From the sequence record ON528734: 64,000 nucleotides of DNA; one strand, 5' to 3'. Of this stretch, positions 39,397-52,077 are shown one piece after another (position 1 is the first letter of the stretch; the number at the start of each line of letters is the position of its first letter). Below the pieces are notes generated by a model. The model had not been told where the DNA came from, ran no database searches, and worked only from the letters and a program-made list of their open reading frames with translations. The position numbers and the translations under genes were made by a program. Origin of the DNA: Shigella phage ESh24.

Positions 39397-40046
39397 TTAA
39401 ACTCCGCATGCCTGCTGGTGGTGAAAGATACATTGATGGTAAATCAGTTTATAAATTATACTTAATGATAAAACAACATATGAATGGAAAATATGATGTT
39501 ATTAAGTACAATTGGTGCATGCGGGTGTCTGATGCCGCTTATCAAAAGCGAAGGGATAAGTATTTTTTCCAGAAGTTATCAGAAAAATATAAATTAAAGG
39601 AACTTGCTTTAATCTTTATAAGCAATTTGGTTGCTAACCAAGATGCTTGGATTGGTGACATCTCTGACGCTGATGCACTTGTGTTTTATCGTGAATATAT
39701 CGGACGCTTAAAGCAAATTAAATTTAAGTTTGAAGAAGATATTCGCAACATTTATTATTTTAGTAAAAAAGTTGAAGTTTCTGCTTTTAAAGAAATCTTT
39801 GAATATAATCCAAAGGTTCAATCAAGTTATATTTTTAAACTGCTTCAGTCGAATATAATTTCGTTTGAAACGTTTATCTTGCTTGATTCGTTTTTAAATA
39901 TAATTGATAAACATGATGAACAGACTGATAATTTAGTTTGGAACAATTATTCTATAAAGTTAAAGGCTTATAGAAAAATTTTAAATATTGATTCACAGAA
40001 AGCTAAAAGTGTTTTCATTGAAACTGTGAAATCTTGCAAGTATTAA
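39393..40046 (+). CDS. 59: helicase loader gp59
   Basis: 217 aa, T4 gp59 length, upstream of gene 32. Confidence 0.85.
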   Translation: MIKLRMPAGGERYIDGKSVYKLYLMIKQHMNGKYDVIKYNWCMRVSDAAYQKRRDKYFFQKLSEKYKLKELALIFISNLVANQDAWIGDISDADALVFYREYIGRLKQIKFKFEEDIRNIYYFSKKVEVSAFKEIFEYNPKVQSSYIFKLLQSNIISFETFILLDSFLNIIDKHDEQTDNLVWNNYSIKLKAYRKILNIDSQKAKSVFIETVKSCKY

Positions 40047-40145
40047 TTGCTTATTATAAATAGATTATAATTATCTCACTGACCAGCTATGAGGTCATAC
40101 ATCGTCATAGCACCAACTGTTAATTAAATTAAAAAGGAAATAAAA
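40047..40145 (+). promoter_or_regulatory. gene 32 translational operator (pseudoknot plus unstructured A/U-rich tract)
   Basis: TGACC AGCTATGA GGTCA ... TCATAGC pseudoknot-forming repeats, then AATTAAATTAAAAAGGAAATAAAA before ATG. Confidence 0.65.
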
Positions 40146-41054
40146 ATGTTTAAACGTAAATCTACTGCTGAACTCGCTGCACAAATGGCTAAACTGGCTG
40201 GAAATAAAGGTGGTTTTTCTTCTGAAGATAAAGGCGAGTGGAAACTGAAACTCGATAATGCGGGTAATGGTCAAGCAGTAATTCGTTTTCTTCCGTCTAA
40301 AAATGATGAACAAGCACCATTCGCAATTCTTGTAAATCACGGTTTCAAGAAAAATGGTAAATGGTATATTGAAAACTGTTCATCTACCCACGGTGATTAC
40401 GATTCTTGTCCAGTATGTCAGTATATCAGTAAAAATGATCTGTACAACACTGACAATAAAGAGTACAGTCTTGTTAAACGTAAAACTTCTTACTGGGCTA
40501 ACATTCTTGTTGTAAAAGACCCAGCTGCTCCAGAAAACGAAGGTAAAGTATTTAAATATCGTTTCGGTAAGAAAATCTGGGATAAAATCAACGCAATGAT
40601 TGCAGTTGATGTTGAAATGGGTGAAACTCCGGTTGATGTAACTTGTCCGTGGGAAGGTGCTAACTTTGTACTGAAAGTTAAACAAGTTTCTGGATTTAGT
40701 AACTACGACGAATCTAAATTCCTGAATCAATCTGCGATTCCAAACATTGATGATGAATCTTTCCAGAAAGAACTGTTCGAACAAATGGTTGACCTTTCTG
40801 AAATGACTTCTAAAGATAAATTCAAATCGTTTGAAGAACTAAGCACTAAGTTCAGTCAAGTTATGGGAACTGCTGCTATGGGTGGTGCCGCAGCAACTGC
40901 CGCTAAGAAAGCTGATAAAGTTGCTGATGATTTGGATGCATTCAATGTTGATGACTTCAAAACAAAAACTGAAGATGATTTTATGAGCTCAAGCTCTGGC
41001 AGTTCATCTAGTGCTGATGACACGGACCTGGATGACCTTTTGAATGACCTTTAA
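40146..41054 (+). CDS. 32: single-stranded DNA-binding protein gp32
   Basis: [17 protein letters not shown]..., Zn-binding Cys/His, acidic C-tail; T4 gp32. Confidence 0.95.
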   Translation: MFKRKSTAELAAQMAKLAGNKGGFSSEDKGEWKLKLDNAGNGQAVIRFLPSKNDEQAPFAILVNHGFKKNGKWYIENCSSTHGDYDSCPVCQYISKNDLYNTDNKEYSLVKRKTSYWANILVVKDPAAPENEGKVFKYRFGKKIWDKINAMIAVDVEMGETPVDVTCPWEGANFVLKVKQVSGFSNYDESKFLNQSAIPNIDDESFQKELFEQMVDLSEMTSKDKFKSFEELSTKFSQVMGTAAMGGAAATAAKKADKVADDLDAFNVDDFKTKTEDDFMSSSSGSSSSADDTDLDDLLNDL

Positions 41055-41076
41055 TAGATTATATTACTAATTAATT

Positions 41077-41101
41077 GGGGACCCTAGAGGTCCCCTTTTT
41101 A
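41077..41101 (+). terminator. intrinsic terminator after gene 32
   Basis: GGGGACCCTAGAGGTCCCC + TTTTT. Confidence 0.7.
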
Positions 41102-41125
41102 TTTCAAAAATTTTTTCACAAAACG

Positions 41126-41155
41126 GTTTACATCCTTGTCCTTCCATGGTACTAT
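41126..41155 (+). promoter_or_regulatory. T4-type early promoter
   Basis: GTTTAC 41126-41131, TGGTACTAT 41147-41155. Confidence 0.55.
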
Positions 41156-41198
41156 ACAACTATCGGCAATACTGCTGATGATTAAAGAGGAAAATAAT

Positions 41199-41429
41199 AT
41201 GGCTAAAGTTGATATTGACATTGTTGATTTTGAATATATTGAAGAGATTATTCGTAATCGTTATCCTGAACTTAGTATCACAAGTATTCACGATGATCCC
41301 AATTATTGCAATTTTTCTATTGTCATTGAAGGTCCTCTTGAAGACCTCACCCGCTTTATGGCTAATGAATATTGTGATGGTATGGATTCTGAAGACGCAG
41401 AATTTTACATGGGATTGATTGAACAATAA
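41199..41429 (+). CDS. hypothetical acidic protein
   Basis: 76 aa from ATG 41199 with RBS AAAGAGGAAAA. Confidence 0.4.
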   Translation: MAKVDIDIVDFEYIEEIIRNRYPELSITSIHDDPNYCNFSIVIEGPLEDLTRFMANEYCDGMDSEDAEFYMGLIEQ

Positions 41430-41473
41430 TTATCAAGGGGCTATTACAGCCCCGTTAAAATGAGGAAAACGCA

Positions 41474-41839
41474 ATGTATATCGGTAAAAAGTATGAACTT
41501 GTTCCAAGACTTATTGATACATTTATTAATTATCGCCCACGTTCTAATTCAGCAATAGTTAAAATTATTCAAGAAAATGGCGGATGGTTTGAAGTTAAAG
41601 AAGCTTTCTTTGTTGATGGATTTAGAGTAATAAAACACATTGAATGCGCAAATGGAAAGCATTTTTACTTTAACGTTTGTGAAGACGAATTTCATTGTTT
41701 TCGTGAGTATAAAGAACTGACTTCTGAAGAAGATGAAGTCAAAGACAAGGTTTCTGGCGTAACAAAAATTCACTGCATTGTAGACGAAAACAATGTAGAT
41801 GAAATCATTGAACTTTTGCGAAAAACTTTCAAAAAGTAG
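41474..41839 (+). CDS. hypothetical protein
   Basis: 121-aa ORF. Confidence 0.5.
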   Translation: MYIGKKYELVPRLIDTFINYRPRSNSAIVKIIQENGGWFEVKEAFFVDGFRVIKHIECANGKHFYFNVCEDEFHCFREYKELTSEEDEVKDKVSGVTKIHCIVDENNVDEIIELLRKTFKK

Positions 41840-41893
41840 TTTACAACAGGGTAGTAGTGTGATACTATTACCCTATCAACTAAGGAGAATAAA

Positions 41894-42136
41894 ATGAGAT
41901 TACAACGCCAGAGCATCAAAGATTCGGAAGTTAGAGGTAAATGGTATTTTAATATCATCGGTAAAGATTCTGAACTCGTTGAAAAAGCTGAACATCTTTT
42001 ACGTGATATGGGATGGGAAGATGAATGTGATGGATGCCCTCTTTATGAGGATGGAGAAAGCGCAGGATTCTGGATTTACCATTCTGACGTCGAGCAGTTT
42101 AAAGCTGATTGGAAAATTGTGAAAAAGTCTGTTTAA
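41894..42136 (+). CDS. hypothetical protein
   Basis: 80-aa ORF. Confidence 0.5.
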   Translation: MRLQRQSIKDSEVRGKWYFNIIGKDSELVEKAEHLLRDMGWEDECDGCPLYEDGESAGFWIYHSDVEQFKADWKIVKKSV

Positions 42137-42146
42137 GGAAAATAAT

Positions 42147-42389
42147 ATGATTTTTGTATTTGAATTTATGAATGATGAATTCGATTATGCAATTTTTAAC
42201 GCATTGCATAATCCTGATTTAAATGAATTTAATGAAATGTTTTCTGACGCTTTGAGCATGTCAGAAGAATACTGTGGAGAATGTCAACGTGTTTGTGTGA
42301 CAGTTTTTGAAAACAAAGAAAAGACTTACGAAGAATTATTCTTTGATGCTAATAAAGCCACTGAATGGTTTATTGAAAGGGGGTTTTGA
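42147..42389 (+). CDS. hypothetical acidic protein
   Basis: 80-aa ORF. Confidence 0.5.
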   Translation: MIFVFEFMNDEFDYAIFNALHNPDLNEFNEMFSDALSMSEEYCGECQRVCVTVFENKEKTYEELFFDANKATEWFIERGF

Positions 42390-42977
<588 letters not shown>

Positions 42978-42996
42978 AATAACGTGTGGCGGAAAT

Positions 42997-43344
42997 ATGA
43001 ATTTTAATTATTACCCTATTCTATTAGAAAAAGATGATAAGCAGCCAAAGTGGCAGGGTCCTCAGTTTATTAAAGGCGTCTATCAATTAGTAGTTCCTAA
43101 AGACAAGATTTATAGCAGTTGTTTCACTGAATCCGCCTGCAGTATTTTCGGTAATAGTTCTCCGTATTGGAATTTTGACATAAAGCTGGATAGAAATATC
43201 GATATTTGGTTGAAAGCTATGGATATTGGTAATATCACGTTTGATGAGAATAATTATCATATTATTGGTCGCTTTTCCAAACGCGGTAAAGAATTGTATT
43301 TCACACCTGAAATTGAAAGAAAATTTGATGCTAAACCGTATTGA
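42997..43344 (+). CDS. hypothetical protein inserted between frd and td
   Basis: 115-aa ORF; in T4 frd and td overlap (recalled), so this ORF occupies an extra slot. Confidence 0.5.
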   Translation: MNFNYYPILLEKDDKQPKWQGPQFIKGVYQLVVPKDKIYSSCFTESACSIFGNSSPYWNFDIKLDRNIDIWLKAMDIGNITFDENNYHIIGRFSKRGKELYFTPEIERKFDAKPY

Positions 43345-43387
43345 TTATTTAGCTTCATAAAATGTATTATAATATATAAGGTACTAA

Positions 43388-43936
43388 ATGAAACAATACC
43401 AAGATTTAATTAAAGACATTTTTGAAAATGGCTATGAAACCGATGACCGAACAGGCACAGGAACAATTGCTTTGTTTGGTACTAAATTACGCTGGGATTT
43501 AACTAAAGGTTTTCCTGCAGTAACAACTAAGAAGCTCGCTTGGAACGCATGTATTGCTGAGCTTCTATGGTTTATTTCCGGTTCTACCAATGTTAATGAT
43601 TTACGTCTTCGTACTCATGGTAGTCTTATTCAAGGTAAAACTATCTGGGATGACAATTATGAAAACCAAGCTAAAGACCTAGGATATCATAGTGGTGAAC
43701 TTGGTCCAATTTATGGAAAACAGTGGCGTGATTTCGGTGGTGTGGATCAATTAGTTGAAACTATTGATCGTATTAAAAAATTACCAACTGATCGACGTCA
43801 AATCGTTTCAGCATGGAATCCAGCTGAAATCAATCAAATGGCATTACCGCCCTGTCATATGTTCTATCAGTTTAATGTGCGTAATGGCTATTTAGATTTG
43901 CAGTGGTATCAACGATCAGTAGATGTTTTCTTGGGT
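43388..43936 (+). CDS. td: thymidylate synthase, exon 1
   Basis: TS N-terminal domain; exon ends ...TTGGGT before intron TAATTGAGGCCTGAGTATAAGG. Confidence 0.9.
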
Positions 43937-44952
43937 TAATTGAGGCCTGAGTATAAGGTGACTTATACTTGTAATCTATCTAAACGGGGAACCTCTCTAG
44001 TAGACAATCCCGTGCTAAATTGTAGGACTGCCCTTTAATAAATACTTCTATATTTAAAGAGGTATTTATGAAAAGCGGAATTTATCAGATTAAAAATACT
44101 TTAAACAATAAAGTATATGTAGGAAGTGCTAAAGATTTTAAAAAGAGATGGAAGAGGCATTTTAAAGATTTAGAAAAAGGATGCCATTCTTCTATAAAAC
44201 TTCAGAGGTCTTTTAACAAACACGGTAATGTGTTTGAATGTTCTATTTTGGAAGAAATTCCATATGAGAAAGATTTGATTATTGAACGAGAAAATTTTTG
44301 GATTAAAGAGCTTAATTCTAAAATTAATGGATACAATATTGCTGATGCAACGTTTGGTGATACATGTTCTACACATCCATTAAAAGAAGAAATTATTAAG
44401 AAACGTTCTGAAACTGTTAAAGCTAAGATGCTTAAACTTGGACCTGATGGTCGGAAAGCTCTTTACAGTAAACCCGGAAGTAAAAACGGGCGTTGGAATC
44501 CAGAAACCCATAAGTTTTGTAAGTGCGGTGTTCGCATACAAACTTCTGCTTATACTTGTAGTAAATGCAGAAATCGTTCAGGTGAAAATAATTCATTCTT
44601 TAATCATAAGCATTCAGACATAACTAAATCTAAAATATCAGAAAAGATGAAAGGTAAAAAGCCTAGTAATATTAAAAAGATTTCATGTGATGGGGTTATT
44701 TTTGATTGTGCAGCAGATGCAGCTAGACATTTTAAAATTTCGTCTGGATTAGTTACTTATCGTGTAAAATCTGATAAATGGAATTGGTTCTACATAAATG
44801 CCTAACGACTATCCCTTTGGGGAGTAGGGTCAAGTGACTCGAAACGATAGACAACTTGCTTTAACAAGTTGGAGATATAGTCTGATCTGCATGGTGACAT
44901 GTAGCTGGATATAATTCCGGGGTAAGATTAACGACCTTATCTGAACATAATG
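43937..44952 (+). mobile_element. td group I intron (1016 nt) carrying I-TevI
   Basis: 5' intron sequence matches the T4 td intron as recalled; 1016-nt length equals T4 td intron; exon 2 resumes in frame. Confidence 0.9.
44068..44805 (+). CDS. I-TevI: GIY-YIG homing endonuclease I-TevI
   Basis: 245 aa; GIYQIKNTLNNKVYVGS GIY-YIG motif, Zn finger, C-terminal DNA-binding domain. Confidence 0.9.
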   Translation: MKSGIYQIKNTLNNKVYVGSAKDFKKRWKRHFKDLEKGCHSSIKLQRSFNKHGNVFECSILEEIPYEKDLIIERENFWIKELNSKINGYNIADATFGDTCSTHPLKEEIIKKRSETVKAKMLKLGPDGRKALYSKPGSKNGRWNPETHKFCKCGVRIQTSAYTCSKCRNRSGENNSFFNHKHSDITKSKISEKMKGKKPSNIKKISCDGVIFDCAADAARHFKISSGLVTYRVKSDKWNWFYINA

Positions 44953-45264
44953 CTACCATTTAATATTGCATCATATGCTGCGTTAGTTCATATTGTAGCT
45001 AAGATGTGTAATCTTATTCCTGGAGATTTGATATTTTCTGGCGGTAATACTCATATCTATATGAATCATGTGGAACAATGTAAAGAAATTTTACGTCGTG
45101 AACCTATGGATTTATGCGAATTGCAATTAAAATTTCCAGATGAATTTGATGAATGGGACACAGAATCGCAGGTATTTTGGTTGAGTCAATTCGCAAAGCC
45201 GCATAATTTTGTTCTTAACAACTATGAATCACACCCTTCTATTAAAGGAAAGATGGCGGTGTAA
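44953..45264 (+). CDS. td: thymidylate synthase, exon 2
   Basis: continues [15 protein letters not shown]...; joined product 286 aa. Confidence 0.9.
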   Translation, partial: LPFNIASYAALVHIVAKMCNLIPGDLIFSGGNTHIYMNHVEQCKEILRREPMDLCELQLKFPDEFDEWDTESQVFWLSQFAKPHNFVLNNYESHPSIKGKMAV

Positions 45265-45284
45265 TTTTATTATTGCGAGGATAT

Positions 45285-45548
45285 ATGATTTTACGATTTA
45301 AAGATACTTCTGGTGTCGTTCTTTTTACACTTCCTAATCCAAGCGAGTTAGAAGTTCCAGGACCAAATCAGCCTATTATCATTTATGGCAAAAAATATTA
45401 TACTCATAAAATGACTCGTGAGTATTTTGATAATAAAATTTCTACAGTTAAAACTTCTTCAGATTGTTACTATGATATTACTGTTTTAACGGAAAAACAA
45501 TATGACGAATTATCACCGCGCGGGCCGTCTATGCCAGGTAGTGAATAA
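45285..45548 (+). CDS. hypothetical protein (nrdA.2 position)
   Basis: 87 aa from ATG 45285. Confidence 0.45.
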   Translation: MILRFKDTSGVVLFTLPNPSELEVPGPNQPIIIYGKKYYTHKMTREYFDNKISTVKTSSDCYYDITVLTEKQYDELSPRGPSMPGSE

Positions 45549-45828
45549 ATATAAATCCGACTTTGATGTTAATATTCACCGTGGTACATTTTGGGGAAAT
45601 TACGTCGGTAAAGATGCTGGCAGCCGGGAGGCTGCCATTGAATTATTCAAAAAAGATTTTATACGTCGAATTAAATCCGGAGAAATAACTAAAGCACATT
45701 TAGAGCCTTTACGTGGAATGAGGCTAGGATGCACATGTAAACCAAAGCCGTGTCATGGTGATATAATAGCTCATATAGTTAACCGATTGTTTAAAGACGA
45801 TTTTCAAGTTGAGGACTTATGCAATTAA
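45502..45828 (+). CDS. hypothetical protein (nrdA.1 position)
   Basis: 108-aa ORF overlapping neighbours. Confidence 0.45.
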   Translation: MTNYHRAGRLCQVVNKYKSDFDVNIHRGTFWGNYVGKDAGSREAAIELFKKDFIRRIKSGEITKAHLEPLRGMRLGCTCKPKPCHGDIIAHIVNRLFKDDFQVEDLCN

Positions 45829-48083
45829 TTAATGTTATCAAAAGTAGTGGTGTTTCTCAGAGCTTTGACCCGCAAAAAATTATTAAAGTTTTATCTTGGG
45901 CAGCTGAAGGAACATCAGTCGATCCTTATGAATTATATGAAAATATTAAATCATATCTCCGTGATGGAATGACAACTGATGATATTCAGACTATTGTCAT
46001 TAAGGCCGCTGCGAATTCTATTTCAGTTGAAGAGCCTGATTATCAATACGTAGCCGCGCGCTGTTTAATGTTTGCTCTTCGTAAGCATGTTTATGGGCAG
46101 TATGAACCACGTTCATTTATTGACCATATTTCTTACTGTGTAAATGAAGGTAAATATGACCCTGAATTATTGTCAAAATATTCAGCAGAAGAAATTACAT
46201 TTTTAGAATCAAAAATTAAGCACGAGCGGGATATGGAATTTACTTATTCCGGGGCGATGCAATTAAAAGAAAAATATCTCGTTAAAGATAAAACTACTGG
46301 TCAAATTTATGAAACTCCACAGTTTGCATTTATGACTATTGGAATGGCACTGCATCAAGATGAACCTGTTGATAGATTAAAACATGTTATTCGTTTTTAT
46401 GAAGCAGTATCTACTCGACAGATTTCATTGCCAACTCCTATTATGGCTGGTTGTCGTACTCCGACTCGACAGTTTAGTTCATGCGTTGTTATTGAGGCAG
46501 GTGATTCATTGAAGTCTATCAATAAGGCTTCCGCTTCAATTGTTGAATATATCTCTAAACGCGCTGGAATTGGTATTAACGTTGGTATGATTCGTGCCGA
46601 AGGTTCTAAGATTGGCATGGGTGAAGTACGCCATACCGGTGTTATTCCTTTTTGGAAACATTTTCAGACTGCTGTTAAATCATGTTCACAGGGTGGAATT
46701 CGTGGCGGCGCTGCTACTGCTTATTATCCTATTTGGCATTTGGAAGTTGAAAATCTTCTCGTTTTGAAAAATAACAAAGGTGTAGAAGAAAACCGCATTC
46801 GTCATATGGATTATGGTGTTCAGCTGAATGATTTGATGATGGAACGTTTTGGAAAGAACGATTACATTACTTTGTTCAGTCCGCATGAAATGGGTGGCGA
46901 GCTTTATTATTCTTATTTTAAAGATCAAGACCGTTTCCGTGAATTATACGAAGCTGCAGAAAAAGACCCTAATATTCGTAAAAAGCGTATTAAAGCCCGT
47001 GAACTGTTTGAATTGCTTATGACTGAACGCTCAGGAACAGCAAGGATTTATGTGCAGTTCATTGATAATACGAATAACTATACTCCGTTTATTCGTGAAA
47101 AGGCACCTATTCGCCAGAGTAACTTGTGCTGTGAAATTGCTATTCCAACAAATGATGTGAATAGTCCTGATGCTGAAATTGGCTTGTGTACTCTCTCTGC
47201 ATTCGTACTAGATAATTTTGACTGGCAAGACCAAGATAAAATTAATGAATTAGCAGAAGTTCAAGTTCGTGCTCTTGATAATCTTTTGGATTACCAAGGA
47301 TATCCAGTTCCTGAAGCAGAAAAAGCTAAAAAGCGTCGTAACCTCGGTGTAGGTGTTACTAACTATGCAGCTTGGCTGGCAAGTAACTTTGCTTCTTATG
47401 AAGATGCTAACGATTTAACACATGAACTATTTGAGAGATTACAGTATGGACTCATTAAAGCATCCATTAAGCTCGCCAAAGAAAAAGGACCTTGCGAATA
47501 TTATTCAGACACTCGTTGGTCTCGAGGCGAATTACCTATCGACTGGTACAATAAAAAGATTGACCAAATCGCAGCTCCAAAATACGTTTGTGACTGGTCG
47601 TCGCTGCGGGAAGACCTTAAGCTCTTTGGCATCCGTAATAGCACATTATCAGCACTTATGCCATGTGAGTCATCTTCCCAAGTTTCTAACAGTACAAACG
47701 GTATCGAGCCTCCACGTGGACCAGTCTCTGTTAAAGAATCAAAAGAGGGCTCCTTTAATCAAGTCGTGCCCAATATTGAACATAACATAGACCTATATGA
47801 TTATACATGGAAATTAGCTAAGAAAGGTAATAAACCTTATCTTACGCAGGTAGCTATTATGCTGAAATGGGTATGTCAATCAGCTTCGGCGAATACATAT
47901 TATGACCCACAGATTTTTCCAAAAGGAAAGGTTCCAATGTCAATAATGATTGATGACCTTTTGTATTTTTGGTATTTTGGCGGAAAAAATTTCTATTATC
48001 ATAATACCCGTGATGGTTCTGGTACTGATGATTATGAAATAGAAACTCCTAAAGCTGAAGATTGTTCATCCTGTAAATTATGA
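45819..48083 (+). CDS. nrdA: aerobic ribonucleotide reductase large subunit NrdA
   Basis: 754 aa with ATP-cone N-terminus and class I RNR catalytic motifs. Confidence 0.95.
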   Translation: MQLINVIKSSGVSQSFDPQKIIKVLSWAAEGTSVDPYELYENIKSYLRDGMTTDDIQTIVIKAAANSISVEEPDYQYVAARCLMFALRKHVYGQYEPRSFIDHISYCVNEGKYDPELLSKYSAEEITFLESKIKHERDMEFTYSGAMQLKEKYLVKDKTTGQIYETPQFAFMTIGMALHQDEPVDRLKHVIRFYEAVSTRQISLPTPIMAGCRTPTRQFSSCVVIEAGDSLKSINKASASIVEYISKRAGIGINVGMIRAEGSKIGMGEVRHTGVIPFWKHFQTAVKSCSQGGIRGGAATAYYPIWHLEVENLLVLKNNKGVEENRIRHMDYGVQLNDLMMERFGKNDYITLFSPHEMGGELYYSYFKDQDRFRELYEAAEKDPNIRKKRIKARELFELLMTERSGTARIYVQFIDNTNNYTPFIREKAPIRQSNLCCEIAIPTNDVNSPDAEIGLCTLSAFVLDNFDWQDQDKINELAEVQVRALDNLLDYQGYPVPEAEKAKKRRNLGVGVTNYAAWLASNFASYEDANDLTHELFERLQYGLIKASIKLAKEKGPCEYYSDTRWSRGELPIDWYNKKIDQIAAPKYVCDWSSLREDLKLFGIRNSTLSALMPCESSSQVSNSTNGIEPPRGPVSVKESKEGSFNQVVPNIEHNIDLYDYTWKLAKKGNKPYLTQVAIMLKWVCQSASANTYYDPQIFPKGKVPMSIMIDDLLYFWYFGGKNFYYHNTRDGSGTDDYEIETPKAEDCSSCKL

Positions 48084-48134
48084 TATAATTTGACTCATGG
48101 ACGAGTCACTATCTATTAACTAAGTGGAAAATTT

Positions 48135-48810
48135 ATGAGCACAGTTTTTAATACAAATCCAGTTGATGTTTTAAAAGAACCTATGTTTTTTGGTTCAGGT
48201 CTTGGTATTGCGCGTTATGATATTCAGCGGCATCGAGTATTTGAAGAACTTACTGAGAAGTCTTTATCATTTTTCTGGCGTCCTGAAGAAGTAAACTTAA
48301 TGATGGATGCTGCGCAATTTAATAAGCTTCCTCAGTATCAGCAAAATATTTTTACTAATAACCTGAAGTATCAATCACTTTTGGATAGCATTCAGGGTCG
48401 TGCGCCATCTGCTGTACTTATGTCATTAATTTCAGACCCGAGTCTTGATACATGGGTTGCTACATGGACTTTTAGTGAAACTATTCACAGTCGTTCATAT
48501 ACACATATCATGCGAAATCTTTATACTGATCCATCGAAGGTATTTGATGAGATTGTATTAGATGAAGCTATTATGAAACGCGCTGAATCCATTGGACGTT
48601 ATTATGATGATGTTCTGATTAAAACCCGTGAATGGGAAAATGCTAAAGAATTTGTAGAACTAGCTAAAGAATCTCCTGATGCCGACTTTCGTTTAAACAG
48701 GGCTATTAAACAAGAAGCCGAAGCTAAACGCGCTTTAATGAAATCTCTTTACCTCTGTTTACACGTTATTAATGCCTTAGAAGCTATTCGTTTTTATGTA
48801 TCTTTTGCGT
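48135..48810 (+). CDS. nrdB: ribonucleotide reductase small subunit NrdB, exon 1
   Basis: RNR R2 fold; exon ends ...YVSFA plus first base of Cys codon. Confidence 0.85.
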
Positions 48811-49895
48811 AAAATGCGCCTTTAAACGGTAACGTTTATCGAAAACTCCTTTAATTGCTGGAAAGTCCTTTATAGGAAAACTAGCAGCCAAGGTTTTGCT
48901 TGCACCTTTAATTAGTATAATATGATTATACTTTTAAGAGGATGCACAATTGAACTATAGAAAAATTTGGATAGATGCTAACGGACCTATACCTAAAGAT
49001 TCTGATGGAAGAACATACGAAATCCATCATAAAGACGGTAACCGTGAAAATAATGATTTAGATAATTTGATGTGCCTTTCTATACAGGAACATTATGATA
49101 TACATTTAGCTCAAAAAGATTACCAGGCTTGTCATGCTATAAAGCTTAGAATGAAATATTCTCCTGAAGAAATTTCTGAATTAGCTTCTAAAGCCGCAAA
49201 ATCTAGAGAAATCCAGATTTTTAATATCCCTGAAGTACGAGCTAAAAATATTGCCTCTATTAAATCTAAGATAGAAAATGGTACATTTCATCTTTTAGAC
49301 GGTGAAATACAGCGTAAATCTAATTTAAATAGAGTTGCATTAGGTATACATAATTTTCAACAAGCTGAGCATATTGCAAAAGTTAAAGAACGCAATATTG
49401 CAGCTATAAAAGAAGGTACTCATGTATTTTGCGGTGGTAAAATGCAGTCAGAAACTCAATCAAAACGGGTAAATGACGGTTCACATCATTTCTTGTCAGA
49501 AGACCATAAGAAAAGAACATCAGCAAAAACATTAGAAATGGTTAAGAACGGGACCCATCCTGCACAAAAAGAAATCACATGTGATTTCTGCGGTCACATT
49601 GGTAAAGGTCCTGGATTTTATCTAAAACATAATGACAGATGTAAATTAAATCCAAATAGAATTCAATTGAATTGTCCATATTGTGATAAGAAAGATTTAT
49701 CACCATCAACATATAAACGATGGCACGGCGACAATTGCAAAGCAAGGTTCAACGACTAGTCTTCGGACGTAGGGTCAAGCGACTCGAAATGGGGAGAATC
49801 CCTCTGGGATTGTGATATAGTCTGGTCTGCATAGTAATATGTAGCAGTTCATAAGAGAACGGGTTGAGAATTAGCGAGCTCAATCGAACATAACG
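48811..49895 (+). mobile_element. nrdB group I intron (about 1085 nt) carrying I-TevIII-like ORF
   Basis: boundaries inferred from restoring NrdB frame (...SFA-C-TFNFHKNMEIMEGNAK...); 5' splice after U, intron ends in G. Confidence 0.7.
48950..49759 (+). CDS. I-TevIII: HNH homing endonuclease I-TevIII-like (full length)
   Basis: 269 codons; HNH motif EIHHKDGNRENNDLDNL, C-terminal Zn fingers; ORF begins at TTG, no in-frame ATG nearby. Confidence 0.65.
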   Translation: MNYRKIWIDANGPIPKDSDGRTYEIHHKDGNRENNDLDNLMCLSIQEHYDIHLAQKDYQACHAIKLRMKYSPEEISELASKAAKSREIQIFNIPEVRAKNIASIKSKIENGTFHLLDGEIQRKSNLNRVALGIHNFQQAEHIAKVKERNIAAIKEGTHVFCGGKMQSETQSKRVNDGSHHFLSEDHKKRTSAKTLEMVKNGTHPAQKEITCDFCGHIGKGPGFYLKHNDRCKLNPNRIQLNCPYCDKKDLSPSTYKRWHGDNCKARFND

Positions 49896-50398
49896 GTACC
49901 TTTAACTTCCATAAGAACATGGAAATCATGGAAGGTAATGCCAAGATTATGAAGTTCATTGCACGCGATGAACAGCTTCACCTTAAAGGCACCCAATATA
50001 TTATTCGTCAGCTTCAATCCGGTACTGATGGTGATGAATGGGTTAAAATTGCCAAAGAGTGTGAACAAGAAGCAGTTGATATTTTCATGGAAGTTAACCG
50101 CCAAGAAAAAGATTGGGCAGTTCATTTATTTAAAGATGGCGATGTTCCTGGATTAAATACAAATAGCATGTGGAGCTTTATTGATTACTTAACTGTATCT
50201 CGTATGAAACAGTGTGGTCTTCCATGCCCGATTACCGATGCTCCGGTTAAACATCCATATCCTTGGATTCGTGAATACCTTAATTCTGATAATGTTCAAT
50301 CCGCGCCGCAAGAAGTAGAACTGTCATCTTATCTTGTTGCACAGATTGATAATGATGTTGATGATAAAGTTATGATGAGTTTTAAAAAATACTTTTAA
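49896..50398 (+). CDS. nrdB: ribonucleotide reductase small subunit NrdB, exon 2
   Basis: in-frame continuation; joined product about 392 aa. Confidence 0.85.
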
Positions 50399-50403
50399 GG
50401 AGT

Positions 50404-50422
50404 GGGCCGCAAGGCCCATTTT
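50404..50422 (+). terminator. terminator-like hairpin after nrdB
   Basis: GGGCCGCAAGGCCC + ATTTTATT. Confidence 0.55.
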
Positions 50423-50425
50423 ATT

Positions 50426-52013
<1,588 letters not shown>

Positions 52014-52016
52014 GTT

Positions 52017-52046
52017 GTTTACAAGTCCCTCATGCTGTGTTATAGT
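52017..52046 (+). promoter_or_regulatory. T4-type early promoter
   Basis: GTTTAC 52017-52022, TATAGT 52041-52046. Confidence 0.5.
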
Positions 52047-52077
52047 AGTCTTACTGACATAACATGAGGACTTTATG

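Noticed and set aside
46397-47790. Internal and antisense ORFs within nrdA (46397-46618 -, 46686-46928 -, 47422-47790 +)
   Set aside because: Shadow ORFs of a highly conserved 754-aa gene.
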